From: Bispira polyomma
Lineage: Eukaryota
Length of the DNA stretch: 64,000 nucleotides
NCBI GenBank assembly: GCA_965649765.1
Contig: OZ287754.1
Span: 37,944,001-38,008,000, forward strand
Reading direction: 5' to 3'
A program made the position numbers and the translations under genes. Of this stretch, positions 52,301 to 58,349 are shown piece after piece (position 1 is the stretch's first letter; every line of letters starts with the position of its first letter). Below the pieces are notes generated by a model, which worked only from the letters and a program-made list of their open reading frames with translations, did not search any database and had not been told where the DNA came from.

Positions 52301-54415
52301 TGTTATAACACCATTGCCATTGGCATGAACCAATATAGTACCGATTTGGGATTTGAATTTGACTTTGACTTTGTCACAAACTTAGCACATCAATTTCTAG
52401 AGGTGATGTTTAAAATACTGCAAGTACGCAGCGGTTGTGATCTCCTACAGACCACCAACAACCTTCCAACGATATTAGGTGGTCAGAGGTTTTTATAATT
52501 CTTTGTTGTTGTCTGGTAGTCTTTAGTACTTGTTAGACCAGTTTAGTCGAAGTAGGTTTTCACGTCTTACACGAAAACATGCTTGCAATTGATCAAGTCG
52601 TATGTAGTCTGTAAATGGTCGCATGTGGTATTCCAGACAGCATAGAAGACGTTCTGCTAGTCACACGTTTTGCTAGTCAGATGTACTTGCTACCAATCAG
52701 TGACCATGTCTGAATGCGGGATCTGCTTCCGAGTGGGAGCAACTCCTCTCCTAAAGTACTATTGATAACAACTCTGATGCCTCTTGCGGACTGCTAGTCG
52801 CTGCTGGTTTTCAAGTCTCTTTTTGAGGTTGTAGTGCGCTATGTAATGTTGGTATTCATTATCTTTAAATCATTAGACATAAAAGTATGATGGTCTGCAA
52901 CCTGTTATTGGTTATCTTAATATGCTCTTACACTGGTCACAAAAAATAGCAAGACCAGTTCAGACTTGTCATACTGGGATCACCCACCAAACTGAAAAAG
53001 TGACTGCTACTAAGATCTAGATCTGAAGATATTTTTGAGGTTGTATGTGGTCTATAGAAGATCGGAACCGCTGTGTGACTGGGATATTACTAATTGGCTG
53101 CATCCTTACGATGTTATTGGCCCTGGACTGAATTAAGTATACATTGACAAAGTACAAAACTGTGTCTAGTTCATTTGTTATCAAAAATATATACATACAT
53201 ATATTGTTTTTTATACTTTTATATATATTTAAACCTTCATGTATGCCCAACTTCTATTATGTAGTGTTTAGAAACATAAGACGAAAACAAGACATTATTT
53301 TTTGTGCAAGAAATGGTAAGTGATAACTGTGACATCATTTCTCACGTTCGTGGTAATTTTCACATAGACAGATTGTGACATATTGAAAGGTGTGTGCAAA
53401 CCTTCGTTATTGCAAATTTTCAAGTTAATGTGGAAATAACCCAAATATATTTCTGAGGTGTGTCAAGAATTTATGCACTTTTACTATGTCAATTTGTTGC
53501 AGCAACAATCTGACAAAAAGCTTAATAGACCTTTAATGGAGTTCTTGTAAAAATATTAATGACATTTTTGATGAGTTTAATGTGTTCTTATTGTAACAAC
53601 CTTTTTTCCATCTGAAAGAGATTGAAGCTATGTAGCTATATGATAATGAGGTTTGTGTGATCATTTGTACTGCTAGGCAACATGGCATCACTTGTGACTA
53701 CACACAGATAATTATTTTTAGGTCAACCCCACAGATCGGGACATTATCTGGTTGGAATGAAATACATATGCCCATCAGGGCCGAGGTTTTCATTGCAACC
53801 AGGGAATGTCTTAGGGTGGTATTTACAAAAGGGCTAAGCCAAGGCTTTGTCTTAGATCTAGTGTACTTTTGTGTTAGATTTAAGACAATGTCTAGACTTA
53901 GCCCTTTGGTGACGACTGCATCTGGTCTAATGGGTTTAACAGATGTAAACCCCACTCTTAATGTCAGATCTAATTTGTAAATCAAAGTATTCCAACAAGT
54001 AACATTGATTTTCTGATTAGCTTACACTCTAAATCATGAAATGGACCCCTAAACAGTGAACTTAAAGATCATTTGAGAAGTTAAAAGAATTGTCCTAAAT
54101 GTACTTTAATGAAGGTCATTTATATAGGGAGTATAACATACTCGGAACATGGTGATTTCTGTCTACTTAGTTCAAGTAGTGATTATATATAGTGACTCGT
54201 ATTATTGACATTGTGAGCTCTTTATCTAGGTAATGTCTACACAATAAAGTAACAATGGGAGCAAATAAAGGTTCGTTTGAAAAAATATTTTGATGCAGTG
54301 CCTTTTTGCCGACATAAATTACAATGGTATTTGCATCATTTTCTTACCTTGAAATTTGTTCCCACAAACCCAAAAATGAATACAACCATGAGAAAGAAAT
54401 ATATGAACAAAGCAT
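706..54415 (-). CDS. Divergent thioester-containing protein / alpha-2-macroglobulin / CD109-family gene, 5' part (signal peptide and MG1 to about MG4); continues beyond the left edge or in exons not resolved
   Basis: Exons 54415-54348, 41151-41000, 6985-6960, 6187-6016, 5560-5490, 4587-4462, 4013-3968, 3261-3180, 2259-2163, 1639-1551 and 850-706 all have GT-AG boundaries and matching phases (2,1,0,1,0,0,1,2,0,2). They give 1074 nt (358 codons) with no stop. The spliced protein contains [17 protein letters not shown] (MG1 start), [20 protein letters not shown] (A2M_N/MG2 motif, canonical FIQTDKPIYKPGQTVxFRV), DELGNRV (canonical DPxGNRI) and [10 protein letters not shown] (canonical VLPKFEV). 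Confidence 0.8.
1080..1470. repeat. Degenerate intronic minisatellite, about 60-bp period
   Basis: Core aaatccaagctata variants at about 1113, 1175, 1240, 1295, 1357 and 1433, each preceded by tttttatc-aaaa-like sequence. Confidence 0.6.
1551..1639 (-). CDS. TEP/A2M-like exon 10 ([29 protein letters not shown])
   Basis: Acceptor ccactaatag, donor gtaatt, 89 nt, phase 0 in and 2 out. An alternative acceptor exists at 1612. Confidence 0.65.
2163..2259 (-). CDS. TEP/A2M-like exon 9 ([33 protein letters not shown])
   Basis: Acceptor gtttctttcag, donor gtttgc, 97 nt, phase 2 in and 0 out. Confidence 0.65.
3180..3261 (-). CDS. TEP/A2M-like exon 8, MG3 start ([28 protein letters not shown])
   Basis: Acceptor tcttacattttag, donor gtaagt, 82 nt, phase 1 in and 2 out. 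Confidence 0.75.
3640..3835 (+). mobile_element. Degenerate tRNA-derived SINE-like copy; related pieces at about 6350-6500 (-), 6720-6890 and 46455-46630
   Basis: Shared segment tggtt...ttgggcaagatgtgaa, with the reverse complement ttcacatcttgcccaa at about 6410; decayed B-box-like head. Confidence 0.45.
3968..4013 (-). CDS. TEP/A2M-like exon 7 ([15 protein letters not shown])
   Basis: Strong acceptor cttttactttttag, donor gtgaac, 46 nt; supplies exactly the phase 0 to 1 link needed between its neighbours. Confidence 0.7.
4462..4587 (-). CDS. TEP/A2M-like exon 6 ([42 protein letters not shown])
   Basis: Acceptor tgtacaattttag, donor gtaaga, 126 nt, phase 0/0; resembles the second half of MG2. 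Confidence 0.75.
4625..4850 (-). mobile_element. Degenerate tRNA-derived SINE-like element
   Basis: ggattcgaacccac at about 4788 reads as a B-box (GGTTCGAATCC) on the minus strand; duplicated acgtcgctt..aggtcat segment near the other end. Confidence 0.4.
5490..5560 (-). CDS. TEP/A2M-like exon 5 ([24 protein letters not shown])
   Basis: Acceptor tttaacttacag, donor gtaata, 71 nt; VKFRV...DLTP motif of MG2. Confidence 0.85.
6016..6187 (-). CDS. TEP/A2M-like exon 4 (SPSYTSS...[18 protein letters not shown])
   Basis: Acceptor cttcttcctttaag, donor gtaaat, 172 nt; carries the FVQTD motif. Confidence 0.85.
6556..6890 (+). repeat. Dispersed direct repeat, about 330 bp, partner at 46306-46630
   Basis: Collinear similarity from cacttaatttagggtta to atgcattgttac in both places. 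Confidence 0.8.
6960..6985 (-). CDS. TEP/A2M-like micro-exon 3 (GEQGWLTLK)
   Basis: Acceptor gtcccttttcag, donor gtaagt, 26 nt, phase 1 in and 0 out; bridges the 41000 donor and the 6187 acceptor. Confidence 0.7.
7140..8400 (+). mobile_element. Tx1/L1-clade LINE ORF2 relic (RT domain, frameshifts and stops)
   Basis: Fragments [46 protein letters not shown]. Confidence 0.85.
9226..10368 (+). mobile_element. Ngaro-like relic C, 5' part (A-repeat terminus and decayed gag)
   Basis: Starts tgcacatcacgacccaataggggcctgatagctcagttc, matching the sense terminus of element A. Gag pieces MGRTTKT.., [41 protein letters not shown] and CKYYNLGKC align with gag 23467-24720. Confidence 0.85.
10369..12360 (+). 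mobile_element. Tx1/L1-clade LINE ORF2 relic, 5'-truncated
   Basis: [63 protein letters not shown]; several stops and frameshifts. Confidence 0.9.
12361..12837 (-). repeat. 3' LTR of Gypsy element G1 (outer boundary approximate)
   Basis: On the minus strand a polypurine tract AAGGGGGGGAGG (about 12849-12838) is followed directly by TGTTATG at 12837. Confidence 0.65.
12838..15283 (-). mobile_element. Gmr1-type Gypsy LTR retrotransposon G1, decayed pol (integrase, then RT, then RNase H)
   Basis: Minus-strand order: GGHLDINKT / HFYWP / [46 protein letters not shown] (IN); [27 protein letters not shown] (RT); [17 protein letters not shown] (RH). Confidence 0.9.
15284..16476 (+). repeat. 5' LTR of G2, with (TA)n tracts and an internal tandem duplication at about 16160-16360
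   Basis: Collinear with 27972-28948 plus 36275-36330; TG...CA ends. Confidence 0.9.
16479..16495 (+). promoter_or_regulatory. Primer-binding site of G2, tRNA-Arg(ACG)-like
   Basis: TGGCGAGCTTGCCAGGA lies 2 nt after the LTR; it resembles the complement of metazoan tRNA-Arg(ACG) 3' ends (assigned from memory). Confidence 0.6.
18510..18615. repeat. Short tandem duplication (about 44-bp unit) in the Ngaro A spacer
   Basis: actattcaa(c/t)acaattatgcc(a/c)aatgacattacat occurs twice, with a partial third atcataccaata. Confidence 0.75.
19433..20422 (-). CDS. Ngaro A tyrosine recombinase, 329 aa
   Basis: Complete catalytic set: FLRISN (R), KWAKN (K), HTFRR (HxxR), HGLW, VWSY (Y). Confidence 0.93.
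   Translation of the reverse strand: MISGSNHITQRFTDSAWQRIDCALRPKTTQTYNTQFRTFISFTCYAGIEEITTHSLIAFLEYLVQTGASPNMVNNHLAAIKHMAKKLYWDTKIFENNTVSMFTRSLTHTSPFRPSPKGIFHIEHLLLISKACDILRDPPLYRAIFMLAFFGFLRISNIVPHSRSKFDPTRHFLRKDIIFGHPGAHLILKWAKNLQIRSQFHIIQIPLLDNVLLCPVKAIQTLLKSRPLSPDAPLFVSSTYPHYPIVETHVRSALASILTHVGIPTKSHSFHTFRRSGATYAFNNNVSLQNIMAHGLWRSSAVWSYLHQNSQTTSAVPLTFASSIPKLPS
20419..23346 (-). CDS. pol: Ngaro A pol (RT and RNase H) with a long N-terminal extension; in frame with gag across one TAG
   Basis: [37 protein letters not shown] (RT); FIDAC, HIEMLN, CDN, ADLLSR (RNase H). Confidence 0.93.
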   Translation of the reverse strand: MLSLLNKMESNNSYISSNKPKNVNVNVLSHESENVKNVHTVKPEMCKPSLSISTDKKSIDDSHIAVKNYNVIRLPNKFGKIKNSCTAKTAMCDPSLTVSIDKKVNNSEPIGVKKWNVQQYIRASVLDSSTSTRMYRDDSYGQFTKFGGFSKNKGDIKINGLDNSHSEVPVFWGNRNIGEHLERENKRNFTVNADLCNASSVNAKYGTPNETKVKVTISTTNWLFCMPHITQGMPVVFVQSELPHVSGFYTSWDEDFGTNFYRCKNPPTGVMSVTSIVTTQIALANFRDDFQNSNKVVTVTDDDKCKAKDAWHDFQKEMYCKNNFKKGYTEYVTNIIDEMLLDINVNTTCVVSNDRPMEVQTCHKGKVASCDLFFQTFGHFSQTTTSATIVDKDINFPNKTKGFLAISETKFSFIGPDRAPIHITSIKEMSEIAQTIRDTGCPNYKGARIPLVSGLNTKAWEEVLSNYPDELLLQYIKFGFPLSLTCPKDLKVKDTTNHHSALQFKDHIRQYLKKEKQCGAMLGPSLDIKDELFHCSPLLTRPKDNSKRRVILNLSHPSGESLNDNVNRKQFDGVDFTLKFPTIDDIVEQIRKTHTPRIFKLDVARVFRNLRVDPVDAMKLGIKFDDHKYVDPAVAFGWVHGSAAFQRCSDVIAHTMEKHNHKIFCYIDDYVGVSPDSEAEEAFNQLYELVTKLGFPLNPEKISKPSSKVTCLGIDIDIQAGTISITPEKIQETYNLCLEIVNKVWISRTKFQSILGKLLYIHKCVKPARMFINRLLMAFRNNSQAKRFKISHDMKADLLWFVQFLPRYNGITFIDPVIAKHKDEVFIDACLTGLGAIYTNEVFATPLYNIYNRALSIVHIEMLNILLALRVWGEQWSHRRIIMNCDNMSVVLVVRSNKTKDDFLALCLRNIWLISAVHDITIEIQHIKGKDNVIADLLSRLFSEQPPHKGQLEILRDSCKWHTIPLQYFNLDLNI
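23467..24720 (-). CDS. gag: Ngaro A gag-like protein, 417 aa, C-terminal Cys/His zinc fingers
   Basis: Basic N-terminus, YDDLSLPQW motif, [22 protein letters not shown]. Confidence 0.85.
   Translation of the reverse strand: MGRTSERKLRHTKKTPATEGSKATKKGTAKKSKLGKNTCIDDSIITNPSSLFDQAEADHVSPSTRSRLPNPTGSSHQANEMLTILRRLEESNALLTHRLDRVEARDSTAQSASPCLNPTRSAHQVALGNDITAQPHLSAPGSMTNPSHSYPQAPLSISTTAQPHTSTASSLNRVDYTTDAIVPKADILKTLPDIQARVNERLAEYNLQAQAVFTQGKAALRQKSGRFNTTDIPNSNPKTRWANEGWTGTSSRKRPPYDDLSLPQWASGQLANALQVTDPLVSREIIQQVVLSLRDAASLPWEVVRTAWALNMTEIEEGRLSWGDTTQWALNRLSASQLAMVNSKTTNASSTHVGSTAKVICKLYNSGKCSHKADHSQYKHVCWHCATVLHKDVYHPEFKCYKSNSAKQAESGSSSTH
27957..27971 (+). promoter_or_regulatory. Polypurine tract of G2
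   Basis: aaaaggggggctta immediately before the TGTCAC of the 3' LTR. Confidence 0.8.
31303..32349 (-). CDS. Ngaro B tyrosine recombinase, up to 348 aa, overlapping the pol end by 49 nt
   Basis: FLRISN, KWSKT, HTFRR, HGTW, VWKY. Confidence 0.93.
   Translation of the reverse strand: MGNSKRHNVRNRLVYLIADVPSKLRKIATQASYRAHQAFRPATERAYTNMFRIFLAYCSFAQVRPQNISPLIILAFLEVLVVNQVSSPSIANYLSAVKAKLALYGLDVSAFADPRIKYYQKALTLNSPFRAKINAIIDIPLLLQITQICDSMYMGQIFKALYLIAFFSFLRISNLLPHAVSQFSPLVQLARGDVLFASPGLHLIIKWSKTMQSKNVAKVIKIPSLSGSSLCPVAATRALLAITPGHKNSPLFQFKKHHKWSPMIDTQARQNLTQILRRLGLQQSNISFHTFRRSGATWAFNNNVPIQDIQSHGTWTSDCVWKYIVQNHNASDQVALTFKALLAPSTTS
32301..34611 (-). pseudogene. pol: Ngaro B pol, broken at about 33633 by a frameshifting deletion (ORFs 33598-34587 and 32301-33605)
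   Basis: [14 protein letters not shown] jumps to [15 protein letters not shown] in another frame; the FGFP/NHxSA/GP block present in element A is missing. YIDD, DAC, HLEMLN, CDN and ADLLSR are intact. Confidence 0.85.
34605..35576 (-). CDS. gag: Ngaro B gag-like protein, 323 aa
   Basis: N-terminal CHKC...H...C; C-terminal [22 protein letters not shown]; ends ..LKNE over a slippery heptamer. Confidence 0.85.
   Translation of the reverse strand: MAPRKQYYCHKCDTSHVKPVDENCKMHTGVGTSQQNSVTGDGVTAADVNLQILTELKALSGRMTQVEQQVYRSSHGAQALTASSPGSAAQPRQADQTTSELLVPTLHTLRTSDSLQTAVDSRLKELVSINESGTSKSQRGGPDTLWVKNKVAWPQNVILGGQNKTRVTYDASMAQWVSGFASIARDESNLDVKNQMLDYLTDLMEDAHEFSWTSAKASHAVVLCKMEEGKVTWGDAHKLDRIRRAHAQRVVSHTASSNYQTNTRKSHEKSIPCRYFQRGTCPQKGDHEFKGVSYSHVCNQCFQNGRSYPHPAKDCKKYPLKNE
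36331..36465 (-). mobile_element. Continuation of G1 integrase on the far side of element G2
   Basis: Reads NGVLMQKWR...[18 protein letters not shown]. Removing G2 and one TSD copy restores [15 protein letters not shown] in frame. Confidence 0.85.
36500..37935 (-). mobile_element. Tx1/L1-clade LINE ORF2 relic
   Basis: [59 protein letters not shown]; heavily frameshifted. Confidence 0.85.
37940..40870 (+). mobile_element. Ngaro-like relic C, 3' part (decayed pol, YR and start of the B repeat)
   Basis: [52 protein letters not shown]; YR pieces [23 protein letters not shown] ending in TAG at about 40756-40758; closest to element A. Confidence 0.88.
41000..41151 (-). CDS. TEP/A2M-like exon 2, MG1 start ([50 protein letters not shown])
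   Basis: Acceptor ccatcttcttacaacag, donor gtgaga, 152 nt, phase 2 in and 1 out. Confidence 0.7.
43955..44560 (+). repeat. Diverged direct repeat of about 130 bp (about 43955-44085 and 44430-44560) on either side of the MITE
   Basis: agtaaaatagactgac..aagctggg..tgtgttaatt..tgct(a/g)agcagaga in both copies. Confidence 0.7.
44122..44419. mobile_element. MITE with CAGGGG(A/C)GTAGC terminal inverted repeats and a 5-bp TSD
   Basis: cagta|caggggagtagc ... gctacgcccctg|cagta. Confidence 0.8.
45600..46290 (+). repeat. Local duplication; the partner at about 49935-51400 is interrupted by insertions
   Basis: Collinear blocks gtttatttgctca..atagattacatgaattgact, acattggtctggtgatcagaaa, tttggctatcttccctcatgtgttatttatatacgagtcttgta..., aaactgag(g/a)ggtgtcaga. 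Confidence 0.85.
46780..48136 (-). mobile_element. Ngaro-like relic D, related to element B (A terminus, decayed gag, start of pol)
   Basis: gtagcactgaaccagctatcccctacggggctacccc matches the B terminus; [46 protein letters not shown] and VPTQNRF align with element B. Confidence 0.88.
48842..49169. mobile_element. TTAA-flanked MITE (superfamily unresolved, Kolobok or PIF-Harbinger-like)
   Basis: ttaa|gggctttac ... gtaaagccc|ttaa, with internal inverted pair ctacacgacacta / tagtgtcgtgtag. Confidence 0.7.
50334..50572. mobile_element. MITE-like insertion within the duplicated block
   Basis: tgggcataaggtcacctta ... taaggtgaccttatgccca inverted repeat; absent from the 45600-46290 copy. Confidence 0.65.
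50669..50766. repeat. Perfect 49-bp tandem duplication
   Basis: atgtcactgaaccctaaggctctgaaacccaacttatacgaccaaaaag occurs twice. Confidence 0.9.
52415..53085. mobile_element. Old non-autonomous DNA element with long imperfect inverted ends
   Basis: cagcggtt..atct..acagacca..acaacct versus aggttgt..tggtctatag..agat..aaccgctg; right end gtgactgggat. Confidence 0.5.
54348..54415 (-). CDS. Candidate first coding exon of the TEP/A2M-like gene, signal-peptide-like ([23 protein letters not shown])
   Basis: ATG to donor AG|gtaaga is 68 nt, phase 2, matching the 41151 acceptor; hydrophobic 22-23 aa leader. No transcript support available. Confidence 0.45.
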
Positions 54416-55949
54416 GGAAAAATAATTAAATATATATTCTATATAATTTAAAGTCGTATTATATTTTGTTGATGTCATGCTGTTTTCTGCTGAATGTTCT
54501 TGTCAAAAGAAAGATGCAAACGAAGGCAAATTTATAAGAATAAAAAACATTTTACATCTGCAGATGATGTTTTGGCCATATTTTTCACCGCTTCTTTTTG
54601 TGATAATTTTCTCAGTTATAGATACATGCATTTGAAACTGCTTCCAGGTTATTTATGTGTTTTTCTTTATCATTAACATTATTGAGTATTCAAACAAAGT
54701 AAATATGCCTACAAATGAAAATGATAGTTTTAAATCATTCTATGAATCCAAATAGATAGCAATCATTTCCACATAAACCTAGTTCTGCAATATTCATTGG
54801 AAAAAACTGTCCAAATACTTGATTGCTTCAGGTAAATACTGGAAGATTAAAATAACCTACATTCAACCCTTAACAAGAACGTTTGAGCCTCAAGCTCAGA
54901 ACTGTAGCATCATCCAGGAATTTATCCAAGGGCCTTTCAATGGATCTTTTACCAATCCAATCTGTATTCTTAATTTCCCAAATGTCACTGCCATTGAGTA
55001 CCATATGTCAATATTTGAACATGATCTTCTTTACACACACTGCTATGGTCCAAACACAAGTGCTGCACTGAGAAAGAGTCTGTGTTTTATCTGAATGGAC
55101 AACTTTAATTCTGTTTATTATTTCTGCCTAATTGTATTTTATATTGTATTGTATTGACATTTTTATTGTATGGTATGTGATTTTATAAGCGCCCAGTTAT
55201 TTAAAATTTGATTGTCATTATGCCACCGAGAGATGTCCTTTAGTTTGCTGGGCGGAGGCATCCTTCTACACAAGTACTGGTGGTTCATGGCACTGCATGA
55301 TTGACATGGATCCAGTTCTCAAACCATGACAGACAGTGTAGTTTATTGTAAGTACTGCCAATTTTCTCATCTCAGACGGATAGAAAATGACTGTTAATTG
55401 TCCAATTAGAATGTTCAGAGCATATGTTCACAAGTAATAACAGTAGTATGCCTCTCATACAAGTCTCACCTGCTGTCATCCAGTGTTTTCTATGTTGAGA
55501 AGCGATACCCAATTAGAGAGGGCCAACTGATAATATGTCCACAACAAAGACAAAGAGGGTGTTATCTCACCATTTAAAGGCTCTAAACGAAGCTAGTTCT
55601 AGAAGCTAGTTGAAGAAAGTCTCACATACCTCCATAACATAATATGTCAAGATTCAACATGTTTACTAGGACAGAAAATTTGTCATGAGTGTCACAATTT
55701 ACTTACCCAACCGATTATCTTTCTAGTATTATCCAGATCCAGATGGCTGGTCATAACGTTGGCCACTACAGCCTTAGGGAGGTAATGCGTCAGCAGAATG
55801 TCAATATCCATGTGTCGTAGACAAACTGTCTGTGGTTGCAGATATTCAAACACAGGTACACAAAAGACTAGCTCAGCTAACCTTCCATATATTACCACTT
55901 CCTTCCGGTAATCCTCAGGAAAATGCTTTAGGTAGAAAGATAAAGCCAG

Positions 55950-56450
55950 ATCTTAGGCAAGAGGCAATGCTCATTTAACTTTTTAGTAAAATGGCCACAG
56001 AACTACTGTGTAGTGGACAAGAAGAAAGCCATGATTATTTCACCCATTGCCAATGGTGGGACCCAAATGTCACTTATACATGATCGACTTGAAACATGCT
56101 TTTAGACAATTTAGATGTGATCCAGACGATATTAACCTTACTGGGTTAGAATGGCAAGAATAAGAATACATTAATACTTGTTTAGCATCCAGTGTATGGC
56201 TGGGCAGGGTAAAGGGGTTCCTTGGTAGGTGTCCATGTCACAGGCACAATTATATTAATTTGTACAAGCAAATTATGACTGTTTCAGCTATGTAGACAAC
56301 AATATGGTTGTATGAATTCACTAACGCATTGCTCTATTGCTCTGACATTGGACTCCCTATTTCAACCATTGGTAACCTTTGTACAATATTGTAGACCATA
56401 TTGTGCTAATACACAAGCATCGCATCAGAAAGAGGAAAGAGCTTGCTTTT
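55950..56450 (+). mobile_element. Possible highly decayed DIRS-group RT relic
   Basis: Discontinuous reads resembling D(L)KHAFRQF, CDPDD..G..W and SYVDN; no continuous frame. Confidence 0.3.
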
Positions 56451-58349
56451 GTTACATGGGGCAATTTTGAGACTGATAAAGGTAAGTAAACACAAATGTA
56501 TGTGTCAATAAAACATTCCATTCAGTAATATTTAGGGAAAAAACAAGAAGACTGTTGGTAGACACATAATGTATGTGTAAATATTTTTGCAGAAGTTTAC
56601 TTTTGTGCCTCTGATTAGGCGAAAATTAAATCCTCTTGAAATTAGCCAATGAAAATCTTTGCACAAATTTTTAAGAAAATTGTAAATCAGAGTGGCAGTT
56701 AATAGTACATGTTGACAAGGTTCTATTGGCGATAGCAGATAAGAATCCTTACATTTTGGTATTTTTAGCATGTGTGACGGTGTTATTCAATAACAGGTCA
56801 GTATTTTAATGGTTAAACCCAGCTAAAACATTTGTCTAGGTGTTTTGTTGGTGTAATGGTTAGGTAGATTGAGACAAACATGCTTAAAAATTTTAATGAT
56901 AGTATCTTCCAATTATGACATTTAAAGAAAAATGGTAACTTGTAAAAACAAATTTATTCAACGATATAGAGTTGGTAATAAGCTTCAGACTTTATTGAGA
57001 CATCCCAAACTTGATATTTCTTTGTACATATTACACAGGTTTACCAGTTAACAGTAAGGCATTAACATATCACACCCTGTGTCAGTCTGCACACAGCGTT
57101 ACCACCCGAGTGTCATGTTAGATACAAGTCTACTTTCTATTTCTCTTTTTGACCCACATCTGTGATGTCATACCCCATGTATGAATGCAGTTCACTTTAT
57201 ATTTATCATGTTACTCTCTGTACGCAGTACGTATTGAATGCTACAACACCAAAGTATTACTGACTTATTGCTGAAGTAAGATTTTTAAGTAAACTAGCAC
57301 TTTTAACTACTTGCTATTCTTTTTGTAATTCTAATAAAATGAACATACACAAAACAGACTATTGTATGTTTAGTCAAAATTAATCAGTCAATATTTTATA
57401 TTGAATCAGGCTTTTGTAAAGAAACACAGTGTTGATCATGATCATTATAACCTAAAAATGACAATTCTACTTAGTCATCCCATAAAATAATCCCACATAT
57501 TATTTACCAGGGGCTCTCAATGTATCGCAGTATATTAATGTTTAATTTTGGCTTATTCTAAATTTGGCAAATAATTACAAGTAGTAGTTTCAGACTTAGT
57601 AACATAACAGATACACATGTAATATATTTTATACATTTACATATGTACACCCTATAATAAGAATGTCTACTTTATGCATATGCTGCTGTTTTGTCCCTAC
57701 ATGTTTCTGTACAGAACTTGTCATGAAAGCTTTCTTTGAAAGACCCTTTTATTTAAACATATTACATTCTGCTTAATGTAAACTGTATGCCATAGACTTG
57801 TACAGGTAGTTTAGCCAAATGTAGTGTATCATCATTGCTATAATAAGGATGTGTAAATGCATTGTGGCTGTTTCAACAAGTAGAAGTTATCACATTATAT
57901 AGTATACCACACCAATCATTAAGCATACAGTAACTGAATTGAAAATTATTATTGGCTGATTTGATCTTTTGTTAATTTTTTTCAAATGAGATTAAATACA
58001 AAAAAAACCCATGGAAATAAATTACAATTTATCTATAATACTACATAACTACATTGTAATGATATTTCCAAACAAAATAGCTCGGTATCAACAATTGTGC
58101 TTTTATACCATTATATTATTACATTTGATTGATTTATTGCTGGAACATCTGATTTTACTTACTGACATTAAGCATTACTTTGACATAAAAGATTGACTGA
58201 AAATAACCTCTGATAGTTAGAATATTTAGCACATGAAATATTAACTACATAATACATTAGCAGCTTTTTTCAGACATTTTTGACATAAAAATCTGTTGTA
58301 CAAGGTGAAAACCTTGGCCAGCTGATAAACCTTTCATAGACTAGTGATT

